A DNA stretch of 64,000 nucleotides from Nitrososphaeria archaeon (GTDB taxonomy: Archaea > Thermoproteota > Nitrososphaeria > Nitrososphaerales > JAAOZN01). The notes under the pieces were generated by a model that was given only the letters and a program-made list of their open reading frames with translations, ran no database searches and was not told where the DNA came from. Each line of letters starts with the position of its first letter. The first letter of the stretch is position 1. A program made the translations under genes and the position numbers. Below are positions 8,419 to 17,276 of this stretch, in pieces. The DNA is taken from NCBI GenBank assembly GCA_029775855.1, contig JARVJZ010000006.1, positions 76,353 through 140,352 of the forward strand, given 5' to 3'.

Positions 8419-10809
8419 CTAGACTTTCTTAGCTTTTGCTTCTTTTATGTAGCGTAGAACTCTTTCTGGTGAGAGTGGACCTGAGGTTATCTTTACTCCG
8501 AATGGCGCTAAAGCATCCTCTACTGCATTCATAATAGCTGCTGGCGCTGCTATAGTAGCTCCTTCACCCATACCTTTGAAGCCACCTAAACCTCTTGAAG
8601 GCGTCTCTATATGAGCAAAGTAAAGCTCTTTGGGGCAGCCGTCGACGGTTGTAGGTAGTAAGTAGTCCATGAAGGTTGACGATAAGAGCTGCCCCGTTGA
8701 GTCGTAAACGAGGTGCTCGTAGATAGCTCCACCGATACCGTGCAGCAGAGAGCCGTGAGACTGACCCTCAACAGTCATCGGATTAACAGGTATCCCACAG
8801 TCCTCTACAATATAGTATTTCAGTATGTCTATCTTACCTGTTTCAACATCTACTTCAACCACAGCTATATGGATGCCGAAGCTGCAGGTAGTCGGGCTCT
8901 CAGGCTCGTATGTGACCGCTACCTCTAACCCAGCATCAACGCCCGGAGGAAGTAAGGTTGGATCTCTGTAAGCTATGTATGCTACATCTTTAAAGAGCAT
9001 AGATTTAGATGGATCTGACTTGGACCAGATCTTACCCTCATCTATCACAAGATCAGCAGCAGGCACACCTAGCCTATGGGCTGCTATCGCTAGAACCTTC
9101 TCTTTGATCTTCAACGCTGCTTTGACACAAGCTCCACCTTCAGTGACAGTGCTTCTGCTGGCCCAAGCGCCCCAGCCATAGGGAGAAGATGCTGTGTCGC
9201 CTTCATCTACAGAGACATCGTCTAGCGGCACGCCAAGGTAGTCGGCAACGATCTGAGCGTAGATGGTCTCGTGAGCCATTCCTTGATGAGCTGTTCCTGT
9301 GTAGACCGTAACTTTACCCGTTGGATGCACGACTATCTTAGCGGAGCCGTATGTGCCTACCTTCCAACCTAGGTATTGTTTCGCTCTTGAGGAGTTTGGA
9401 GCTGTGTATTCAACATAGTTGGATATGCCTATCCCTATGTATCTGCCTTGTTTCCTCATTTCGGCTTGCCATTTTCTAAGGTTGTAGTAGTCGCTGAGTT
9501 GAAGCATCTTCTTATATGCTTCAGGGTAGTTTCCTGTGTCGTAGATTACCCCGCTTGCGCACCTATATGGGAACTCATTTGGCTGTATCAAGTTCTTCAT
9601 TCTCATCTCTAATGGGTCCATTCCTATCGCTTTAGCAGCCAGATCAACCATCCTCTCCATGGCTAAGCAGGCTACTGGTCTCCAGAAGCCTCGATGCGCA
9701 CCAGTCATAGACTTGTTAGTTACTACACCTATTGTCTCATAAGCGTAGTTTTGGAATCTGTATGGTCCTGGAAGGGAGACTACTATTAGTTGCGATGGTT
9801 GGGCTTCGGTCCAAAATATTCCAGAGATGCCGTAGTCTACTACCGCTCTTGTTCTAACTCCAAGTATGGTGCCATCCTTCTTTACAGCTATCTCTATGTC
9901 GTGGTAGCCTTCTCTCTCGCTGAACATAGTTAAGTGTTCTCTTCTATCTTCAACCCACTTCACCGGCCTACCAAGTTTAATCGCTAAAGCTACAAGAGCA
10001 ATTTCATCTTGGTAAACGTGTGATTTGGGGCCGAAGCCTCCGCCAACATCTATCGCTATAACTCGAATCTTATCTTCAGGTATGCCGAAGATCTCTGAAA
10101 TGTATGTCTTTAGAACATGGGGGAACTGAGTTGTCGACCTAATGAATAGGTTGCCCGTATTCCTATTATAATCAACAAGCCAAGCTCTGGGCTCAAGAGG
10201 TGTCGGCACATATCTGTGGCTTGATATTCTCTCCTTTAAGACTACATCGGCCTCTGCAAACGCCTTCTCAACATCACCGTTCTTATAAGTTGCGTGGTAG
10301 TATATGTTGTCTCCCCATTCCTCCCACACTAGCGGTGCTCCTGGCTTAAGCGCTTCATCAGCATTAACAACTGGTGGCAGAGGCTCGTATTCAACCTCTA
10401 TAAGTTCAACGGCGTCTTCAGCTACTCCTCTATCTACCGCTGCCACCACTGCTACGGGTTCGCCTACATACCTTACTTTGTCTGTTGGTAGTGAGTAGCG
10501 TGGTGGTTGAGGTCCGTGTTTCATCGCAGGGTGCTCCATCCAGGAGTGTAGTAGTCTACTGTCTTCTTTGCCTGTCATGACTTTTACTACACCTGGTAAG
10601 GCTTCTGCTTTTGATGTGTCGATCTTCTTTATCCTTGCGTGCGCATACGGTGATCTTAGGAAGGCGGCGTAAAGCATGTTTGGTAGTTTGAAGTCGTCAA
10701 CAAATTGACCTTTACCAGTTAGAAGTCGAGGATCCTCCTTTCTTTTCACGCTTGAACCTACATACCTTCTCTTGAGCTGGGCTAAAACGGCTGGAGAAAC
10801 AGTGCTCAT
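8419..10809 (-). CDS. Xanthine dehydrogenase / aldehyde oxidase / CoxL-family molybdopterin-binding large subunit
   Basis: 796 aa. N-terminal a/b-hammerhead region (GKGQFVDDFKLPNMLYAAFLRSPYAHARIKKID), GGGFGPK, TGAHRGFWRP and a C-terminal MGEGA-type segment. It lacks the form-I CODH VAYRCSFR loop. Confidence 0.8.
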   Translation of the reverse strand: MSTVSPAVLAQLKRRYVGSSVKRKEDPRLLTGKGQFVDDFKLPNMLYAAFLRSPYAHARIKKIDTSKAEALPGVVKVMTGKEDSRLLHSWMEHPAMKHGPQPPRYSLPTDKVRYVGEPVAVVAAVDRGVAEDAVELIEVEYEPLPPVVNADEALKPGAPLVWEEWGDNIYYHATYKNGDVEKAFAEADVVLKERISSHRYVPTPLEPRAWLVDYNRNTGNLFIRSTTQFPHVLKTYISEIFGIPEDKIRVIAIDVGGGFGPKSHVYQDEIALVALAIKLGRPVKWVEDRREHLTMFSEREGYHDIEIAVKKDGTILGVRTRAVVDYGISGIFWTEAQPSQLIVVSLPGPYRFQNYAYETIGVVTNKSMTGAHRGFWRPVACLAMERMVDLAAKAIGMDPLEMRMKNLIQPNEFPYRCASGVIYDTGNYPEAYKKMLQLSDYYNLRKWQAEMRKQGRYIGIGISNYVEYTAPNSSRAKQYLGWKVGTYGSAKIVVHPTGKVTVYTGTAHQGMAHETIYAQIVADYLGVPLDDVSVDEGDTASSPYGWGAWASRSTVTEGGACVKAALKIKEKVLAIAAHRLGVPAADLVIDEGKIWSKSDPSKSMLFKDVAYIAYRDPTLLPPGVDAGLEVAVTYEPESPTTCSFGIHIAVVEVDVETGKIDILKYYIVEDCGIPVNPMTVEGQSHGSLLHGIGGAIYEHLVYDSTGQLLSSTFMDYLLPTTVDGCPKELYFAHIETPSRGLGGFKGMGEGATIAAPAAIMNAVEDALAPFGVKITSGPLSPERVLRYIKEAKAKKV

Positions 10810-10951
10810 TTCTAATGCTTCACCAACCCATAACCGAAAAAGGTCACATAAAAGATTAACTGTAGACTTTATTTTGAGGTAAAGTCGATTCGTATGGTAT
10901 ATACTTTATAGTGTTTAACATAATAAACTCGGCTTAGGTATATATTGCGGG

Positions 10952-13300
10952 TTGGAAAATATTAGGATTAAGGTAGATAAAGTAAAGACACCCTCATTGC
11001 ATCTCTCTAACCTAGAGATAACACTGGGTAAAGTCTTAGAAGAAGAATGGGAAGAGAAGATGGGGCCAACACCCTTCCCAACATCCACAGACCTACGCAG
11101 CTGGGATCATAAGCTGCTGCAGAAGTATAAGCCGGTCTATCTGCCTTACTGTGATGTTTGCTGTTTATGCACGATGGGTAAGTGTGATCTGACATCTGGC
11201 AAGAGGGGTGCTTGTGGGTTAGATATCTGGGCGCAGCAGTCTCGTATAGTGTTGGTTGCTTGCTGCATAGGTGCTTCAACACACGTTGGACACGCTAGGC
11301 ATCTGGTTGAATATTTGATCAATAGGTTTGGGCGCGATGCACCTATCGACATAGGCTCGAAGGTGGGAGTCGAGATTGAAGCCCCAGTAACTAGGCTTGT
11401 CTGCGGCATCAAACCCAAGAAGTTAGGTGACTTAGAGGAGGTCCTTTCTTATCTTGAGAGGGAGATAGTTCAGCTACTTGCAGCAACTCATACGGGTCAA
11501 GAGGGAGATAACATAGACTTCGAATCCAAGGTTTTCCACGCTGGTATGATTGACCAAGTTGGAATGGAGGTTGCAGACATAGCTCAGATCTCTGCGCTGG
11601 GCTATCCTAAGGCAGATCCTGAGGCGCCTCTTGTGGAGTTGGGTATGGGCACTATAGATTCGAGTAAGCCTATGGTGTTGGTGATAGGGCATAATGTTCC
11701 GCCAGCAGCGCATATAATCGATTATCTTCAAGATCATGGGTTAATGGGTAAGGTTGAGGTTGCTGGTATATGCTGCACCGCACACGACTTAACTAGATAT
11801 AATCCTAAGGCTAAGATCGTTGGGCCTCTGTCTTGGCAGCTTAGATTTATACGGAGTGGGGTTCCTGATGTTATTGTTGTGGATGAGCAGTGTATAAGGA
11901 CTGATGTGCTTAAAGAAGCTCAAGCCATTAAGGCGCCTGTCATAGCAACGACCGCTAAAGATTGTCAAGGTCTACCAGACTTAACGAAGGAGGACGCGGA
12001 TGAGATAGTTAAGAGGATCGTTGAAGGACAGATTCCAGGCGCTTTAATATTGAAGCCTGAGAAGGCGGGGGAGGTTGCAGCTAGAGTCGCTACACTAATT
12101 GCACCTAAGAGGATGAAGTTTAAAGTTATACCAGATGTAAGCGTGGTTATAGAATGGGGTAAGAGATGCGCTCAATGCAAAGACACACCTTGTAGAAGAG
12201 CTTGCCCAAACGATCTACCTATTCCTGAAGCGATGGATGCTGCTGAGAAAGGGGACATATCTAAATTCGCCCTACTCTATGACCTATGCATAGGTTGCGG
12301 TAGGTGTGAGCACGCTTGCACAAACGCTGCACCCATACACAGCTTGATAGTCGCTTCAGCGCAGAAGCAGATCAGAGACGAGAAGTTTTATGTCAGATCT
12401 GGTAGGGGCGCGGTGCAAGATGTTGAGATCAGAAGGGTAGGTGGTCCGATAGTTTTAGGTGAAATACCTGGTGTCATAGCTCTTGTAGGCTGCTCGAACT
12501 ACCCTGCTAGTGGTGTGGAGGTTGCTCAGATAGCTGAGGAATTCGCTAAGCGCAGATACATCGTGGTAACCTCAGGCTGCTCAGCTATGTCAATAGGGAT
12601 GTATAGAGATGAGGAAGGCAAAACGATCTACGAAACTTTCCCAGGCAGCTTTGACGCAGGCGGAGTAACAAATGTAGGATCCTGTGTAGCTAATGCGCAT
12701 ATAGCTGGCGCAGCGATTAAGATAGCGAGCATATTCGCTAAGAGGAGCCTTAGGGGCAACTACGAAGAGATAGCTGACTATATACACAATAGAGTGGGTG
12801 CTGTAGGTATAGCGTGGGGTGCGATGAGCCAAAAGGCTGCTGCTATAGCAAGCGGCTTCTGGAGGCTTGGTGTCCCTGTAATAGTTGGTCCACACGGCTC
12901 TAAGTATAGGAGGATGCTTCTGGGTAGGAGTGATAGGGATGAAGATTGGATGGTCTATGACGCGAGAACCGGCGAGAAGGTGTATGCTGGACCTTGCCCT
13001 GAGCACCTCTTCTACGCAGCAGAGACAAAAGAGGAGGCTATGGTTATGGCTGCTAAGCTCGTTATGCGAGCCAACGACACAGCTAAGGGTAGGGCTATCA
13101 AGCTCTCACACTACATAGATCTTCACAAGAAGTTTTACGGTGTGGCTCCTAGTGACCTGCACCTATTTGTAAGAAGTGAGTCAGACCTATCTGTGACTAT
13201 AAGGGAAGAAGTTATGAAAGTGTTGAAGGAGAAGGGTTGGAAGGAGAAACCTATACCAGACCCAACTCTACTACCTAGAATGATAAGGAAAGAGGGTTAG
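10952..13300 (+). CDS. cdhA: Acetyl-CoA decarbonylase/synthase complex alpha subunit (Ni-CODH catalytic subunit)
   Basis: 782 aa. MGPTPFP..LRSWDHKLLQKYKPVYLPYCDVCCLCTMGKCDL, plus an internal 2x[4Fe-4S] ferredoxin insert (CAQCKDTPCRRACP, CIGCGRCEHACTNAAP). Confidence 0.9.
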   Translation: MENIRIKVDKVKTPSLHLSNLEITLGKVLEEEWEEKMGPTPFPTSTDLRSWDHKLLQKYKPVYLPYCDVCCLCTMGKCDLTSGKRGACGLDIWAQQSRIVLVACCIGASTHVGHARHLVEYLINRFGRDAPIDIGSKVGVEIEAPVTRLVCGIKPKKLGDLEEVLSYLEREIVQLLAATHTGQEGDNIDFESKVFHAGMIDQVGMEVADIAQISALGYPKADPEAPLVELGMGTIDSSKPMVLVIGHNVPPAAHIIDYLQDHGLMGKVEVAGICCTAHDLTRYNPKAKIVGPLSWQLRFIRSGVPDVIVVDEQCIRTDVLKEAQAIKAPVIATTAKDCQGLPDLTKEDADEIVKRIVEGQIPGALILKPEKAGEVAARVATLIAPKRMKFKVIPDVSVVIEWGKRCAQCKDTPCRRACPNDLPIPEAMDAAEKGDISKFALLYDLCIGCGRCEHACTNAAPIHSLIVASAQKQIRDEKFYVRSGRGAVQDVEIRRVGGPIVLGEIPGVIALVGCSNYPASGVEVAQIAEEFAKRRYIVVTSGCSAMSIGMYRDEEGKTIYETFPGSFDAGGVTNVGSCVANAHIAGAAIKIASIFAKRSLRGNYEEIADYIHNRVGAVGIAWGAMSQKAAAIASGFWRLGVPVIVGPHGSKYRRMLLGRSDRDEDWMVYDARTGEKVYAGPCPEHLFYAAETKEEAMVMAAKLVMRANDTAKGRAIKLSHYIDLHKKFYGVAPSDLHLFVRSESDLSVTIREEVMKVLKEKGWKEKPIPDPTLLPRMIRKEG

Positions 13301-13304
13301 AGAA

Positions 13305-13847
13305 ATGGCTGCAGAACCTTGGCAAGTAGCTGAAATTTCTGGACCTGTGAAGGCGTTTGTCATACAGAAGCCAGCGGTAGTAGTAGGGATGATGAGGAAG
13401 GCTCAGAGAGCGGTGTTAGTAGCTGGACACTTATCGCTCCAGAGGTTAAAAGAAGGCTCAGCGCTAGACTACGCTCTTGACATCGCCAAGTTTGGTGGAG
13501 CGGACTTCGTAGCAACAGCGCACATCATAGGTGAAGTGAAGAATAGAGGATACGATAATGCGTATTCTATGCCGGCAATGGATATAGCTGGTAGGCTTCA
13601 GGACGCCGAATGGAGCGGGTTAGACGGTAAAGGAAGATATGATTTAGCCCTATTCATAGGGCTGCCTTACTATATGGCTTGGACCATCCTTTCAGGCTTA
13701 AAGCATCGTGCAACGCATCTTAAAACCATCTCGATAGACAAATATTATCAGCCACACGCTACTTGGTCATTCCCAAACCTTACAGAGCAAGCTTGGGAGG
13801 AGAATCTAAAGGCTGTTAAAGAGGCGCTTAGAGGCGTAAGGCGTTAG
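13305..13847 (+). CDS. cdhB: Acetyl-CoA decarbonylase/synthase complex epsilon subunit
   Basis: 180 aa, 4 nt after cdhA. WSGLDGKGRYDL and LSGLKH...KTISIDKYYQPHATWSFPN resemble the remembered CdhB pattern (W.GLDG.G.YD, ISI..Y..A..SF.N). Confidence 0.8.
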   Translation: MAAEPWQVAEISGPVKAFVIQKPAVVVGMMRKAQRAVLVAGHLSLQRLKEGSALDYALDIAKFGGADFVATAHIIGEVKNRGYDNAYSMPAMDIAGRLQDAEWSGLDGKGRYDLALFIGLPYYMAWTILSGLKHRATHLKTISIDKYYQPHATWSFPNLTEQAWEENLKAVKEALRGVRR

Positions 13848-14413
13848 CTCTTTCTATCGAAGTATATGCTCTTACCTGTTGCAGATAAGGGTATACCCAT
13901 AACGATGTCAGCATCGCCTAGGTAGCCAAGCCTCTTGGCTGCGGTGCCGATTCGATACATTATCCTATTATCTACATTATGTATACTGGCGGTCTTTACA
14001 GCTGAACCCAAAGCGATTCCGAAGTCAGAAACCTTAAAGATGCACGCTGGTCCGACATAATCATTGCCCTTAATCTTAGCGGCAGCATCAAATGCTTCAC
14101 ATGAGATGTAGCCGCATCCTCCACAATTCATTCCAAAGCTTTTAGTCGATTTCACACCAATTAAAACTAAACATTTAGAGCTGCGTAGATTCTTTGCATC
14201 TCTTATGAATCCAGGTATGTTTCTCTCTTCAGCTATCTTCTCCATCTCTTCGGCTACGCGAATCATCTCTTCGCCTGAAAGTATTAAGGTGTGTATGTCG
14301 TCTACACCCCCAGATTTCGGCGCGGTTCTAGCTGAGAGTAGCATAAGTTTCGCAACCTGCATGACAGCTTCTTCTTCAGCGGTTTGGCTGTCTATCATAA
14401 CCATCGAATACAC
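13844..14413 (-). CDS. DUF2148-type protein with ferredoxin-like Cys cluster (COG4739-like)
   Basis: 189 aa. ARTAPKSGGVDDI and MNCGGCGYISCEAF match my recollection of this uncharacterised family. Convergent with cdhB, overlapping it by 4 nt. Confidence 0.5.
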   Translation of the reverse strand: MYSMVMIDSQTAEEEAVMQVAKLMLLSARTAPKSGGVDDIHTLILSGEEMIRVAEEMEKIAEERNIPGFIRDAKNLRSSKCLVLIGVKSTKSFGMNCGGCGYISCEAFDAAAKIKGNDYVGPACIFKVSDFGIALGSAVKTASIHNVDNRIMYRIGTAAKRLGYLGDADIVMGIPLSATGKSIYFDRKS

Positions 14414-14445
14414 CTGTGTTTAGCACCCATATTCTAGTTAAATAA

Positions 14446-14595
14446 ACTGTTCTAGTAAGGTTAATTTATGGTTTAGGTGATTTAATTTTGCATAAGACTG
14501 CGGTGGATATAGGTGGCACATTCACAAGCCTCAACATTTACGATGAAGATCTGAAGCTACGCACATACTCAATTTATCTGCAACAAAGAGTCTGA
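14446..14595 (+). pseudogene. Short remnant resembling the N-terminus of a hydantoinase/oxoprolinase (HyuA-type) gene
   Basis: The open frame reads ..LILHKTAVDIGGTFTSLNIYDEDLKLRTYSIYLQQRV*. AVDIGGTFT is the HyuA/acetone-carboxylase N-terminal signature (DIGGTFTD). Only ~35 aa survive, inside a 317-nt non-coding gap. Confidence 0.35.
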
Positions 14596-14740
14596 GAGGG
14601 CGGATATGAAAGCCCTTGAAGAAGCCGCTGAAAGATGGCGTAAGGCGGATCTACCGAATAGAGTACGAAAGAGCAACATTAACCATATTAATTGATAGGC
14701 ATAAGATTAGTCGTAAGGTCTATGTGGCGGAGGCTTCGGT

Positions 14741-15352
14741 TTAACTTAACTCTTTATAGCCGACTGGAATTATGTAGATCGGCTCTGCTTCACCGTTAAG
14801 AAGCTGCTTCACAGCGTTATCGTTGAAAGCGCCAACCATTACAGTTGCTAGACCTAAGCTTACCGCTTCAAGGCTTATGTTTTGCCCCACGTGTCCTACT
14901 TCAAGATGTACATATCTTACTCCTCTATTACCATATCGAGTAGTTGTCCTTTCGTATCTTGCCGCAATAACTATATTCAAAGGCGCTTCAGCTATAAACT
15001 CTTGGTAGAGAGCAGCTTCCATTAGAGCCTTGACCTTATCCTCTGAAGACACCTTAATAAGTGAGTGGTCAAGGGGTCTATATTTGTAGATGCCAGCATC
15101 AACCCCTTTAACTCCGTTCTGCTTTATGAATACGAAGATTTCAAGAGGGTAAGTAGCTCCGGCTGAAGGCGCGCTTCTAGCGCCAGATTCAGGGTCAGTG
15201 ATGCCTTGGGCGGCCCACAAAAGTTGTGAGAGGTCATCAAGTGATAAAGGCTTTGTAGAATATTCTCTTACTGAGCGTCTAAGCAGGATGGCTTCCTCTA
15301 CTGAGAGAGGACCTTTAGACTTAGGTGTAGGGAGCCTAATGACAAAAGGCAA
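14741..15352 (-). CDS. SagB/ThcOx-type nitroreductase-family protein
   Basis: 203 aa. LLRRSVREYS..LSLDDLSQLLWAAQGIT....RSAPSAGATYPLEIFV is the SagB-type dehydrogenase-domain signature. Confidence 0.65.
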   Translation of the reverse strand: MPFVIRLPTPKSKGPLSVEEAILLRRSVREYSTKPLSLDDLSQLLWAAQGITDPESGARSAPSAGATYPLEIFVFIKQNGVKGVDAGIYKYRPLDHSLIKVSSEDKVKALMEAALYQEFIAEAPLNIVIAARYERTTTRYGNRGVRYVHLEVGHVGQNISLEAVSLGLATVMVGAFNDNAVKQLLNGEAEPIYIIPVGYKELS

Positions 15353-15399
15353 GCTTAAGCATCCGAGGAAAGTAGGCTGTTAGAGAGTTTAAGGTTTAC

Positions 15400-15696
15400 T
15401 CAGAGGTTAAAGTTCCTTCTAGCCTCTGCGCTCATTCTATCAGGTGTCCAGCGTTCATTAACCAGCATTACATCCACATTCTTTACACCCTCAATCGCTG
15501 ACACGGCTTCCTTCACTTGCTCGACTAGGTAAAAGCCCATAGGGCAGCCCGGTGCGGTCAAGATCATCTTAATTTTGACATCTCCATCTTCAACTTTAAG
15601 GTCATAGATTAAACCCAAATCTACTATGTTTATTGGGATTTCTGGGTCATAGCAGTTTTTGAGGGCTTCAATAACTTTCGCTTTAAGATCAGCCAA
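15400..15696 (-). CDS. DUF59 / MIP18-family Fe-S assembly protein (SufT/PaaD-like)
   Basis: 98 aa. CYDPEIPINIVDLGLIYDL and LTAPGCPMG are the family hallmarks. Confidence 0.75.
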   Translation of the reverse strand: MADLKAKVIEALKNCYDPEIPINIVDLGLIYDLKVEDGDVKIKMILTAPGCPMGFYLVEQVKEAVSAIEGVKNVDVMLVNERWTPDRMSAEARRNFNL

Positions 15697-15760
15697 CTAA
15701 ACCATCCACATTTAACTTTACACACGTCAAGGATATTACTTTTGCGCTTCGCATCACCCT

Positions 15761-16813
15761 TTAAGTGCCTTCAAGTCTTCTAAGCATAGATTCTAACTCT
15801 ACATAGATCAGCCTTCCGATATCCCAGAAGAAGAGGACCACAATTGCTCCAACAACTACTTGACCCGCTGCACCCAAGTATCCGCCTATGTTAGGTATGG
15901 TGGATAGGTAAGGTGATATTATGAAGAAGAAGATTACGATAGCAACTACGATAAAGAAGTTTAGGGCAGCCTTCTTTAGATAAGACATACGCCGCACATC
16001 CAACACGGGAATGATCCTTGAGAGCACTTCTTGATCAATCCTAAAGAGGTAGAGAAGGTTCCTAATTAAAGAGAAGACAAAGAGAACTATGGCAGCTAAA
16101 GCGACGACCCAGTATAGTGTGCCTAGATTAAGGTTAGTGTTAGGGATGAGAATATCTGCGCCTAAAGAAATCGACGGAAAAAGTGCGTAGGCTATAATCA
16201 ACACCACAGCTGTCATCAATAGGTATACGAAGGATTTAAGCACCTTAACTTTAAGCAAGGCTTCACCACCCACGCCATGCGTCTCAATTCTTTTGCTTAA
16301 CGCCTGATCTAACGCTCTATACACCATACCACCAAAGCTCCAGAAGAATATAGCTACAACAGCAGCTATAGCCAGTTGTATGCTAGCCGCAACATGTGGA
16401 CCAAACACTGGAATCAAGTATAACGCTGGAGATAGAAGCCAATAGGCTACCAAAATCACAGCCAAGCCAGCTATATTTAAAAGAAAATGACTTACTGCGT
16501 TAGGGTTCTTTGGCTTTAGGTTTAGAAAGCGTAGGATTAAGCTTGGATTTAGGCGAAGAAAGTTAAGGAAAGCTTTGAAAAAATCGATAAGAGAGTATAC
16601 GAAGGTAGCGGCGATTACAAGAAATAAAATAGTGCTTGTCTGAAGACCAAAAAAGGGTATACTAACTTCAGGTAAAAGAACTATTAAAGGTGCCAACGTA
16701 TAGCCAGCGATTAAGACGATGGTTAAGATAATAGAAGCTCTAAGTAATTTACGTAGGCTTAAGAAAGCAGCACGTGACTCTTCTATGTCTAGACTCTTTC
16801 CCATAAGCTGCAC
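15761..16813 (-). CDS. Polytopic membrane protein of unknown function with an internal two-fold duplication (about 2 x 4 TM)
   Basis: 350 aa, strongly hydrophobic. Halves 1-175 and 176-350 align by eye (each ends FFW(S/D)xG..(V/I)Y..L...L..R(I/L)E). No family recognised. Confidence 0.6.
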   Translation of the reverse strand: MQLMGKSLDIEESRAAFLSLRKLLRASIILTIVLIAGYTLAPLIVLLPEVSIPFFGLQTSTILFLVIAATFVYSLIDFFKAFLNFLRLNPSLILRFLNLKPKNPNAVSHFLLNIAGLAVILVAYWLLSPALYLIPVFGPHVAASIQLAIAAVVAIFFWSFGGMVYRALDQALSKRIETHGVGGEALLKVKVLKSFVYLLMTAVVLIIAYALFPSISLGADILIPNTNLNLGTLYWVVALAAIVLFVFSLIRNLLYLFRIDQEVLSRIIPVLDVRRMSYLKKAALNFFIVVAIVIFFFIISPYLSTIPNIGGYLGAAGQVVVGAIVVLFFWDIGRLIYVELESMLRRLEGT

Positions 16814-16872
16814 ACACAGAAATTATTATTTAACAGATTTATAAGCTAGTCTTCTCCTACTAATCATCACAC

Positions 16873-17229
16873 ATGCTCAATATTGAAGCCTTTGGTGTAG
16901 TGTTGAAGCTGACACCTGAGTATCTAAGTTTAAACGTCAGCGAGGCTGCAGTCCAAGAGTTAAAGCATCTCACTAGCAAATATCCTCTACTAAGAGAGAC
17001 CCTTGACACCCTCTTGCGGTGGGTAGATTCCCCTTTGATCTTGGTTAAAGATATAGTGGAAGTTGAATTACAAGCTGTCCCGGCTATACCTGAAAGTGAG
17101 CACCTTCTTAAATTAGTGCTTGTAGCTAGATACCGTGGCGGATATAGAACCTATGAGATCAATCTAAAGCCTGAGGATGCTGAGAGGGTTGCGTCAGAGC
17201 TCAAGAAGATCATTCAGAAGAGGTTTTAG
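16873..17229 (+). CDS. Hypothetical protein
   Basis: 118-aa ORF filling the gap between divergent or neighbouring genes. No motif recognised. Confidence 0.45.
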   Translation: MLNIEAFGVVLKLTPEYLSLNVSEAAVQELKHLTSKYPLLRETLDTLLRWVDSPLILVKDIVEVELQAVPAIPESEHLLKLVLVARYRGGYRTYEINLKPEDAERVASELKKIIQKRF

Positions 17230-17276
17230 AAGCTGGGTAAAGAGTATGATTATATTTTGTGAATTAAGGTAGGATC

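Noticed and set aside
8419-10809. Annotation of the CoxL-like protein as an aerobic CO dehydrogenase
   Set aside because: The form-I active-site loop (VAYRCSFR) is absent, no coxM/coxS genes are adjacent, and the gene content of the window is anaerobic. It is kept as a generic XDH-family Mo subunit.
14741-15352. SagB-type nitroreductase as a marker of a thiazole/oxazole-modified peptide (RiPP) cluster
   Set aside because: No YcaO/cyclodehydratase, docking protein or small Cys/Ser/Thr-rich precursor ORF is nearby. Stand-alone SagB-type proteins are common.
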